Part shown: positions 32,901-40,200 of the stretch, piece after piece | Layout of the letters: each line of letters begins with the position of its first letter | How positions within the stretch are numbered: the stretch's first letter is position 1 | IMG/VR virus record: IMGVR_UViG_3300045988_080466 | Length of the DNA stretch: 64,000 bases | Reading direction: 5' to 3' (one strand) | Origin: a virus | Position numbers and translations under genes: made by a program | The notes under the pieces: generated by a model | Database searches by the model: none | What the model saw: the letters and a program-made list of their open reading frames with translations, nothing else | Told to the model about the DNA's origin: nothing

Positions 32901-33862
32901 CAAAAGCTATTACGCAACTTACTCCTAAGGATATGAGTGAAATAAACAGATTTGTAAGCGATGTAACCATAGTTAAATTCTTAAAGACAGAGCTTGCTAA
33001 TAAAATCTCGTTAGCTCCAGGAAGTAAGATGTACAATAGCTTAGGAGCTGTTGTTCCTGTTGCATCTTCTGGAAAGATTATTGATTTCGCTAATGTATTT
33101 GATAGAGCAACATTTAAGATGTGGTTTGAACAAGAATTTATTCCGAACATGAAAGCAATGAATCCTAAGAATAAATTCATTCAGGCATTAACAAGTACAT
33201 ACTTTAAAAATAATTTCCAAGATTATAATTTCTTATATAAACTTCCTATTGATTTAGGAAACCTTGAACAAGAATCAAATGAGATTGCTTATTCTAACTA
33301 CTTAAAAGCATTTGATGAAATTAAGTACACTAGACCTCTTCCAGATGTTAATATGACTACTGGAGACTTATTCTTCCTATACAACCTACTGGTTAGTAAA
33401 AATGCTTTCGGAGACAATACTCTTACTAAGATATTTGAAAACTCTCTAAGTATGAAAACGAAGAATGATGAAGTTGAGGTTAAGAATAGCCTACTTCTTA
33501 AATTTATGGACTTTGAAGCAAAACAGAATCCTAATCTTAATGAAGGAACTAACGGTCTTGTTGAAGGAGAAGATTATAAACTTGACGATTTATATGTAAG
33601 ACTGATTAAATATAATGAACCAAACGGAACTAGATTTACAAAAGAGTTTGATAATGATGCTGGAAAGATTGTAATCAAAGAAAGTAACTATGGAGAAAAA
33701 AGTACATTAGATTTGTTCACTGATAACAATACAATGTTACTTCCGTTCTTAACTAAAGGATTTACAAGACTTGCAACAGAAACTAAGAACGATTTAATAT
33801 CTAAGTTAGTAAACCTAATTTCAAACAATAAAGCTGAAATAAAATTAACTTGCGATGAGTAA
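23990..33862 (+). CDS. crAss-type virion RNA polymerase-containing giant protein (3290 aa)
   Basis: Uninterrupted 9.9-kb ORF containing WYQGSDFDIDKAF. The DFDID Asp triad is the catalytic motif reported for crAss-like phage single-subunit two-barrel RNAPs. Its position just upstream of the convergent junction fits crAss-like genome order. Confidence 0.75.
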   Translation: MIKCRVVPEITEIGAAYDAAIENFPDNLEPDSVEGRREVISSALNYLKDNGIVPSQQSLGLIQNELIRYDRDGYEGIFGFATNEKETRDLIEQNWDIVSIDEDAKNIAPEANDFPQAPIPSISEGLDSIFDNINDQSRFVRHFQNELTRFAFVNYNLNKLISTNRDLNDSIRMYKNQIFQELAKEIGSPVTQMYAGREFQLEAYNNLIKDARIYFFEDVKDGVFVSTDQDRINAYNKYVILTNFDGFLLRYSKNIIQVARGFVGGHIDPKAGYKYTFNLGKHIKQDYNNELQDINEHVNGAVQMFVNSIPMVDEHNNPTGQYVEFKTFNSLTRIFRNISENNPGITREIRNNPREAIKEIINIAYNNSKTYFKGNDATLYPTFRSVRRAVFDITNPSSLASLESSITSPDQMNLFSMILNHINKTSPVSYLQYKYNPDTGKYVVSYLDSESISQKRTDLEKHLMIQSTYDNFSDIFSKHSINPVEDADGVVSNITFNIGGAHYNYNLSNKALTKNGIVVQDYLSELLSNRSGWGQFFSDVMRKPIDATFIETATEVNDSEDLKGFLNVAMATVINADAKDAAIKAGETLKDVISTRYSRIIPEDSKATTYYDRRLDSLRIGGILDGLRGLIALSRTIAANNRDTTKSYVKNADGNSLPKYRLTSAGNDDSYILNDIRSIANFNPRNPMNSNLFISTDGLLTGTALKTDFTNSEGTSKNIFKMQANELLYSQFVFDYLQTRDKNSANRQSNELAGIVAIQPTTYSDKSNIWVKLVDLYKTLSFKDMYGNNLFEGKSLSDLTVNELNQLRFSTLHGMFQGLSNQLVNDYKMLFAAVDGVYVNELGEFDETDYKQMSPALKALVEKQTQYIGDEGSYEYYGYKEGLTVEDFIPMLSKLDTDTIHNAIYMLQSMGQDITILPEVHYIQTKKGLAFNTTLLENIKSYSLRDKSNQSTLDNISDSYWTKKKEEDKLYALTLKMSDVRFDLYDEFGKEVTTLTENINREASQKDFVDRLTLKAKQELYNKLHIESDENATYENIWINNRTQRLNNYYILKKNGSKYDIVDDIDFMKVAGNTDYEVVLNPDLDLYKSIDNLVSDNYNAATIGLPFLHPAKKAAVANDAPLIDKINEEAARTTAMYKRGVVVGATIHPFIKGKITGIPDTYKLAIIEDLKTPVFNVQGDDDGATQFDGGIFLNPMIARYEQNSLEEIEMSPIHRKPLGYFSLSNYLSSGLLKCATFAVTNEYLRAAQTGDVIGNSLLKQMLDVQWDIPNLDITVDRNGRKISYNGQMYRDINTLKYWSINNIEKLNKIGYDENGNLDNTYEITRTQIDKNGQALKRDGSIITEKIRVRIDTNYDLWMALGGEFSVSRDGKTLKESESSLDKLTEVGNQVAFNRNNIDDIPLIQEARRHGARIDIYPTGFDEDVSQNTYYQPMKFSGIAYLATAGAVKNGMANVNPGRLFKNGYNPNIQALEDSDRIIYGHPAIGKTYAKARHDSFLSFDDDYGNAIRNFVDKRLKEGQTRQDYKRESPEEYRQFLLGLYETAKAKANDEGKRLFFSDSILLQALDETGRLEEVDKALSMNPDEFVERSRNRGEMDDANTRDWKNTIDLYLNKISDRIVNVGRNYLLDILDNTRKKHQRSQLTYINIKPDFIGIQLNAEHSVDEAEVSEMTQVISALEQMSTSHGMANQVYEDIGRVIARGLQEYNFDANSEEDKTRVYKILGRDLLRTFSTGDKDRLGLAGAYMELVKKDILSDKSLQDMAYKIPFDDNNIFGVFTNGFTNGINRDIIKRKYAGLQAILNPSHDVVTVYDGPDGGVLKYSDILGRVNTPAERDAIFRKMDTEVEIGEIRAGDWVSIQGGEPVKVLNYRSKAPGTIGIIDLKDMRLNGILSVKRLGSKGRNLRSANHVIKLVDGSSSNGFTTFDAYDLDTSRLSWDLKEKNWVDNVKNNPMQLQAWNEIVQRIYDKYGRTITFNTDKGEINGYLRDLITDDLAEIAQGRYRIPVAYRSGENIFAQVAEDRFDANELAIGKNTASKFGLKIGDSLSEIEATGPLFFERRQREILNTDIGSNNYDMYFVKNNKQHLHVMLSNNPASKARIDSLIKDGIMVEDKGVEKTTVNGKNYVIVDGQIGYRIDDDSKFYNYITSAGESRQVLVTSDVDTLRGIDKSKLYSNAVYKYSSGNIATLFPLQINSMFTSLEDKAILEEWYDALKEAETEQDKYDIANEVNEQTALNLERRIKKSAQDTFTSWQEALKFIVARIPSQSMQSFMNMKVAMFTESETNICYVPVEQIWYQGSDFDIDKAFMLGASISNQGIYYNWSPLFNFNSQELLSISHDLPFPTGYKYFLDNEVGFPLEGDYSNLFGKTYDEITHDPILFRSLVNLIREVSKFPPSGNANMVKIAGLNEELIDLIGIHNEYELGEADYQEAIKNKVFNALWRIGADVKNVVSATSPISMGPAQDAAAASTSGQFSKLVSNENPGARVILQYQNSIGKDGIGVYATGIKVFSILLNYYNEKLSKATEDNLNRYTFYNENSENKGTIEVYDNEGNKHIIQQSPTLPNVKVDPTTNPALLSLAEAIIKRGFQEDVFLTDSVLLSAATDNAKELILEKINAGPDLASVYIYLFATGVDFKTASDFMTTRAVTMAQNKAKTDILYINGKKNNLDKAVRYYTELADPDNYIPQIYQQSIIDWGNDTLAKLSNDPEIGAELKEIMKSETKFYNILNKITNQKILDAILDYAYNSNSPLKIFKKELAKKKTRAEMELEWEGALDSEEDWMQAEDSEDFRIYNTGDNKSEQLRYIFSRYIDELKRRRDELNTLTDGDLHNMKVLLELKQKSDELTRLGRLGSLNQGIKTKLMDKIKYINQIESFINRKFTTFNKTNELNPEDEGYLTPNFNLIEFIQNPEYKQQMIDAYEQAKDTFNILDIITSVPHFNEMLNAMAVDDKLLGFYASKYTLTKNLAMSALHAKAITQLTPKDMSEINRFVSDVTIVKFLKTELANKISLAPGSKMYNSLGAVVPVASSGKIIDFANVFDRATFKMWFEQEFIPNMKAMNPKNKFIQALTSTYFKNNFQDYNFLYKLPIDLGNLEQESNEIAYSNYLKAFDEIKYTRPLPDVNMTTGDLFFLYNLLVSKNAFGDNTLTKIFENSLSMKTKNDEVEVKNSLLLKFMDFEAKQNPNLNEGTNGLVEGEDYKLDDLYVRLIKYNEPNGTRFTKEFDNDAGKIVIKESNYGEKSTLDLFTDNNTMLLPFLTKGFTRLATETKNDLISKLVNLISNNKAEIKLTCDE
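28427..28664 (+). other. P-loop NTPase/kinase-like insert inside the RNAP ORF
   Basis: GHPAIGKT (28427-28450, GxxxxGKT Walker A) followed ~70 aa later by RLFFSDS (hhhhD, Walker B-like). Confidence 0.45.
30881..30895 (+). other. DFDID metal-binding motif (aa 2298-2302)
   Basis: gac ttc gat att gat, in frame with the 23990 ORF. Confidence 0.7.
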
Positions 33863-36800
33863 TTGTATTCAATTTACCATTGGAGATAAGATATATAAGT
33901 TTAGGGATGTAGACCTGCAAAGGTCTGCAACTCTAGACGATATTATCTCTGCAATTGCAGAAGACCCTAACTATGCTAGTCAATTAGAAGATTTAAACAT
34001 TGACTTAAGTAATAGGGGGATAGAATCTATATCTTCAACCAAAGAAATACCAAACGATATAACAGATAGAAATACATATATAGCTGAAAACTTAATGGGA
34101 AATCTTAATCACTATGCATTAAGTCAAATTTATAAAAGAGTTGGAGTTCCTAATTCAGAGTTCTTCACTGCCTTTAAAGACATAATGGATAGAGGTAAAG
34201 GAAATAGATTGAGTTTTCTAGTAACTAATTCCCCTACTCAAACGTTTCTTGGTAATTCGAGAGACTTAGTTGTAATTAATAAAAATGATTTATACAATCA
34301 GCCAAAACTATTGGGAGCATTAAGTTATGTCTATTCTCATTCCCAGTTACTTGACAATCAATCAGCCATATATAAAATAGTAGAAGATGCTTATTCTAAA
34401 ATATTAGAATCTCCTACTGGATTAAGAGAAGAATTATTAAAGATTCCTGATAAGTATGCTGCTTTACGTAGATTGTTGTACTACACACAATCTGATATGT
34501 ATGATACAAATCCTGATATTGCCAGTTTAAAAATGACAATTGGCAATCATTTATTTGCAGAGGTAACTCGTAACATAATGAGAAATAAGGATAGAGAGTT
34601 CTTTAATAATCTTAAACTTAATCCTGTACAATATAAGGCCTTAGAAAACTTAATCGTAAACGAAGAGCTTCCAAACACAATAAATTTCGGAGATTATTCA
34701 GTCTCTGTATCTGAACTTAATAAGTTTAGACTTGATTATATAGAAGCAGAAAGAAACCCTAAAGATGATACTCCAGAAATTGATGATGATAGTCTATTAC
34801 TAAGACTTGCATCTTTAAATCCTAATGGGGCTTTTGATGCTAATATGCTTCCTGCCAATAAAGAACAAAGGCTAATGCTTTTATCTAATCCAATTGCTGC
34901 ATTCGTGTTTGATACAGCTAATTTCAATAAGGTTAGTAAATATGTAAATAAATTTGAACAGGAGGTTGATTCAGCTATTGCTCCAGAAGAAAGGGCTGAA
35001 CTTATTCAAAATAGACTTCAGAATGTTTATACGTCCTTCGGAAAAGGAAGATTAGATGTTAACGGATATATCTTAGACCTTATTCAAGAAGCATCTACGA
35101 ACAAACTTGACTTTAAAAATGCAGAAGATATTAAAGGATTCAATACTATGTTCTATCCTAATACAAGAGTAAATATGGATGAATCACTAACATCTAAGCC
35201 TAGCAGACTCTTGAGATTCAATCACTCTCAATCACTTTCTAAGTTCTCTGAAAATGCTTATAAAGTAGTATTTAATCCAAAGGTTAAATATGTAAATGTG
35301 ATAGGAGGTTCTAACTCTCGTATTGAAATTAATCCAGATTTTAATCTGGAAGTTACAGACGATTTCCAAGAAAAAATCAATGCCCTTGAAGAAGCTGCCA
35401 CTAAGATTAATAATAGCCCAACTAAGAGAAGAACCCTATCAGTTAAATATGATTCTAAGTTTGATTACTCTTTAGAGGAAGGGAGTGCAAATATTAATAA
35501 AGCAATCAATTCATTTAGGAGTGTAATCAAGTACTTGCAAGAAGCAGTGGATAACAATAGAACTTTCTACTATTTAAATACTGATGGTATAGGACAGTTC
35601 TCTCAAGCAATGGTAGTTAATGCTGACCAATTAAGTATTACCCCTGTTGTATTTGACGAACTTAGTCAATGGGTTTACAGTAATGTAAAATCTCCAGATA
35701 AAGCAGAATGGATACGTACATTTACATCTTTAATGAACGCAGCTGAATATACTGACAGTGCTTTATTTAAGTTCTATGATTCCCAGTCATTTAAAGAGAG
35801 AGCATTTAGTTCTAAAAGAGTAGACTCTTCTGGCAAATTATGGGAAAACCTAAATGCAAGACTTACAAAACTAGAAGAAGAAAGAGGACCTCTAGCCCAG
35901 TTCGACATGCTTAAAGAAGGAGTAATATCTATGATTCCTATCTTACCGCAGGGATATAACTATGCTCTTACAAGAAAAGAAGAGGGGGACATCTTTAAGT
36001 TAAAAAATGAAAAGGATAGAGACCAATTTATTAATGTTGAAGTACAAAGAAAAATAGCTCTCACATATAGAAAGGCTGGAGGAAGAAATATATCATCTCC
36101 GAGCGAACTGATGGTGGGAGATGTTATAAGAATAAATCCAAACGACACATATCAAGCGGTTGTTCTTGAAAATAGACCAGAAGGTAAATTCTGTGCTTGG
36201 TTTACATCTAACCAAATTCACTCTGCTGTTCTTACTAATGAGGATTTAAAGAATGTGGTAAGAACCCAATATACAGCAGAGAATAGACAAATTGGGCCAG
36301 ATGTAAAAGCCTTCTATACTAATGTCGGAGTCTTTAGAATGGCTGATGATGCTGTTGACTTTAAATGGGTAAATAATGAATCATCTCTTCCAATTCTACA
36401 TCAAATATTCGCTGATGAAATAACTGATATATCAGAAGCTACTGGATTTACAGAGGACTTTATTAAAAGAAATTATTTAAATACTGTAAAGAGATTTCAA
36501 GTGGCAATGTTTATGGAACTTACTCCAACAACTGAAGAAATTACTTCTACTCCAAATGTAGAGACTCTATCTGATAATCTGTCTACTCCAGAGTTTGTAG
36601 AGGATTTAGTATCATCTTTGGCAAAAAGCGGAGTACAAGTTACTTCATATAGAAAAGAAGAATTAAAAGAAAAGTTCCCTCAACTCGATAATGTTAAGGC
36701 ATTTATCTATGATGGGGAAGTAATAGTAAATTCTGATTTAATGACCGATGATACTTTACTTCATGAGTTATCTCACTTATTCTTAGCTGATTTAAAAAGC

Positions 36801-37238
36801 AGAAATTATGATAAGTATGTTGATTTAGTAAGAGGAATGGAAGGTTCTGATGCTTACGATACTATTAATAATAGTAAAGCATACGATGAACTTACATATA
36901 ATGATAAACTTGAAGAAGCCTTAGTACATGAATTTTCTCAATATTTTACCAGAGTATTGAAGGATTATAGAGGACGTGATTTAAAACTGGATGAAATAGA
37001 GTGGGACGGAATAATTAGTGATGTCTTAAATATTGATGTAAGTGAGTTCTACGATGATAACATATATACTTTAATGAAGAAAACTCTATCTGAAATACAT
37101 AGTAATTATGCAGTTCAGAAAACCTTGTTTAACAAGTCTAATGCTCAGAAAATGGTAAAACTTAGTAACATTAAATCTTCTTTAATGAAGAATCTAAGCT
37201 CTACTGATGGATATGGATTAATTGAAATTTGCGAATAA
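33855..37238 (+). CDS. large virion-block protein (1127 aa) with C-terminal HExxH zincin motif
   Basis: The ATG at 33855 overlaps the upstream stop by 8 nt. TLLHELSHLF (HELSH at 36762-36776) is followed ~45 aa later by EEALVHEFSQY. Confidence 0.65.
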   Translation: MSNCIQFTIGDKIYKFRDVDLQRSATLDDIISAIAEDPNYASQLEDLNIDLSNRGIESISSTKEIPNDITDRNTYIAENLMGNLNHYALSQIYKRVGVPNSEFFTAFKDIMDRGKGNRLSFLVTNSPTQTFLGNSRDLVVINKNDLYNQPKLLGALSYVYSHSQLLDNQSAIYKIVEDAYSKILESPTGLREELLKIPDKYAALRRLLYYTQSDMYDTNPDIASLKMTIGNHLFAEVTRNIMRNKDREFFNNLKLNPVQYKALENLIVNEELPNTINFGDYSVSVSELNKFRLDYIEAERNPKDDTPEIDDDSLLLRLASLNPNGAFDANMLPANKEQRLMLLSNPIAAFVFDTANFNKVSKYVNKFEQEVDSAIAPEERAELIQNRLQNVYTSFGKGRLDVNGYILDLIQEASTNKLDFKNAEDIKGFNTMFYPNTRVNMDESLTSKPSRLLRFNHSQSLSKFSENAYKVVFNPKVKYVNVIGGSNSRIEINPDFNLEVTDDFQEKINALEEAATKINNSPTKRRTLSVKYDSKFDYSLEEGSANINKAINSFRSVIKYLQEAVDNNRTFYYLNTDGIGQFSQAMVVNADQLSITPVVFDELSQWVYSNVKSPDKAEWIRTFTSLMNAAEYTDSALFKFYDSQSFKERAFSSKRVDSSGKLWENLNARLTKLEEERGPLAQFDMLKEGVISMIPILPQGYNYALTRKEEGDIFKLKNEKDRDQFINVEVQRKIALTYRKAGGRNISSPSELMVGDVIRINPNDTYQAVVLENRPEGKFCAWFTSNQIHSAVLTNEDLKNVVRTQYTAENRQIGPDVKAFYTNVGVFRMADDAVDFKWVNNESSLPILHQIFADEITDISEATGFTEDFIKRNYLNTVKRFQVAMFMELTPTTEEITSTPNVETLSDNLSTPEFVEDLVSSLAKSGVQVTSYRKEELKEKFPQLDNVKAFIYDGEVIVNSDLMTDDTLLHELSHLFLADLKSRNYDKYVDLVRGMEGSDAYDTINNSKAYDELTYNDKLEEALVHEFSQYFTRVLKDYRGRDLKLDEIEWDGIISDVLNIDVSEFYDDNIYTLMKKTLSEIHSNYAVQKTLFNKSNAQKMVKLSNIKSSLMKNLSSTDGYGLIEICE

Positions 37239-37239
37239 A

Positions 37240-40200
37240 ATGGCGTGTAAATATACTTTAAAAATAAATAGTACTGGAAAGGTTCTTACATTTAACTCCG
37301 AAAAAGAACTTGACAACTACCTACTATCTAACTACACTGAATTTGAAGGTATGGTCGACCATACCTTTAGATTTAGTAAAGACTACATAACTATGTTAGA
37401 TACAGAACAGGTAAAATCTCAAGATAAACTAGATAAAGATAGGAAACTTGCCTATGAAAAAGCTAAAGCAAGAAATGCTAAAAATGACGATACAATAGTA
37501 GTCAGAGGGCAAGGTGAAATGACTGATGTCATTGAAAATGAGGAAACATATTCTGACGGATTTATATCAGTTCTGAAATTTTTATCACGTCAAAGAGGCA
37601 CCAATGCGCCTCTTATTAACGCTTTCAGTAGGGAAGGGTACAAGAGGAACACCCGTATAGATAGGTCTCAAGGAAAGCCTGAGGATGTCTCTCCAGAAGA
37701 GTGGCTAAAACAAATAGATTCTTCAATTGACCAAGACTTTGAATATTGGGATTATTTACAAGAAATCGGACGAGGATTCCACTTAGTAATGGATACAGTT
37801 ATAAATTCCAACTTTGACATATCTGCTGATATGGTTGACTCTGTTATTAGCAAGAAGTTTGAGAGAGACTTTTTAGGGGGAAAGAATTTAAGTACTCTAA
37901 ATGGTGTATCGACTGGAGCATTAATGGACTTTATAAAAGGAATTACGGCTCTAAAGAAAAACATAATCCTTAACAGTGGAAGAGGAAGGAAATTCAAAAA
38001 ATTCTACACAGAATATGTAGTAGACCACGATGGTGGACCTGATGCAAAACTTAGAGGTAAGATTGACTTACTTGCAGTATTTGAGGATAACGAAGGCAAT
38101 CAAAGCGTTGAAATATATGACTTGAAACTTGCTACTAAACCACAAGATAGATGGGATGCTGATAAGAAAAATACTATTCAATATCAGCTTGGTTTCTACA
38201 AAAGAATGTTACAAGCCAAAGGAATTGCAGCAAGAAATATATCTACTAAAATTATCCCAGTTCTCATTGAAGGGGATAAAATACTCCACAAGATTGATAA
38301 AGTATCAGTCGGAGAACCAGAAGTTTATCTTCCTAATATTGGACAAAAAGCTAATATTGACGAAATAATTAAAATACCTATTGGTATAGAAAATTTATCT
38401 AATCCATTAGAAAATACAGTGTCAGAAAGAATGAGTAAGTTCTTCCCAATGAGTAAAATCAATCCTACTGATATTGTAGACTTTGATATGTTATTTGCTT
38501 CTCAAGTACATATTGATAAAAATACTGGAGAGTACTGGTTTAGAGATGTTACTAAATCAACTAATGAAAAGGGAGAAATAAGAAGAGCTACTAAAGAAGA
38601 AGCGGAAGCTGCATTTGAGGACTATCTAGTAAGAAAACTAGAGCATGATAACGATGTAACTCTCGCTATTACTAACAATCTTAAATATAATCTTGATAAG
38701 GTAAATGGCTTTGGAGGAAAGAACTTTAATCCTACAAGGACAGGTTTACAGATTGTTCCAGCTAATACATACGAACCTAAGCTTGGATTGTTTGAAGCAA
38801 ACTTATCCAAATACAAAAATGAGCCAGGATGGAACATAATTAGTAATGATGCTCTTACTAATATGAATGTTATTCTTCTTATTAATGAGACAAGAAAAGA
38901 AATGGATTTAATTTCTATTGCTTCTCATGACCTTAATAGTACTATTAATCTAGGTAAGGGTAATAATATTTTTGGAAGGTTTAAATCTGATAGAGAAGTG
39001 GAACTCGATAAACAAGTAATTAAAGCCACAGTCGGCAATGTGGAACTTATGAAACTGCTTTCTATTGCCAATGCTTTTCAAGAAACCGATTTGGGTTCTT
39101 ATACTATCGGGGAAATGAAGGTAGTTAATATTGGCAAGAGTGAATATCTTTCTTCCTATTTAAATCAAGAAAAAATAAATCATGCCTTCAATACTTTATC
39201 TGAATTATCTGGACAAAGTAAAGGAAACACATTGAAGTTTACTGATGAGTTTGATATAGCATGGAGAACCTTTAATAATATCATGAACTATGGAACCTAT
39301 GAAAATAGAGATAGACTTGATAAAATTGCTAAAACGTTATCAATAGATGGAGATATTACATCATTTGATAAACAAGCGAAGATGGACATCCTTACAAGAA
39401 TGTTCAAGGAACTTCAAGCTAGATATTTCTCTACTAATGCATCTGCTGATATTTCTAATCCTATTGCATATTTATTTTTACAAGTATCTAATGCTTTGGC
39501 TAAATATGGAAACACTACCATTGATATCTATAATGAAGAACTTTGGGCAAAGAACTTTGGTAATCTGGCAGAGCAGTGGAAAAGGGGAGAATTATTTAAT
39601 GGTACTTACTTAAATACTATTGATACAATCCCAATTGTAAAATCAGTTGCTCATAGATTGGCAGAAACCAACAGAAATATCACTAATTTATATGGTAATT
39701 ATAAGAACAAAGATAGGGCTATAACCAATAAGTTCTATCAGGAATCTGGACAAGGTTTCGTAGGGAAGACCATTATCAATGATTCAACAATTCGTTTTAA
39801 AAGATTACTTGACCAATCTGATTCTGGAAAGAGAAAGTTTATGGTTAAGAATCCGTATGATATGTCTACTGATTTAAATCCAGCAGAAAGAAACTATTTA
39901 AAATATTGGCTAGAGGATTTAAATAATAGAAGATATCCAGGACAGGATAGAGCAGAAGTTGGAGAAAGATACTTTGAAATACCTTTATTAAGAGGTTCCT
40001 CATTTTCTAAAATAACTAATGGTAAGAATCCTCTAGTTACTTATAAAGAAGATGGTTCTTTAGAAATGGTAAATCCAAGAATGACTACGACAGCTCAAGA
40101 AGAATATTTATCTACAGATGCTCTAAAGAATCTTGTAGAGATGTATAACGTATTCGATATTTCTAATTCAGTAGGAGGAAGAGAAAGACTTCTTTCCGAT

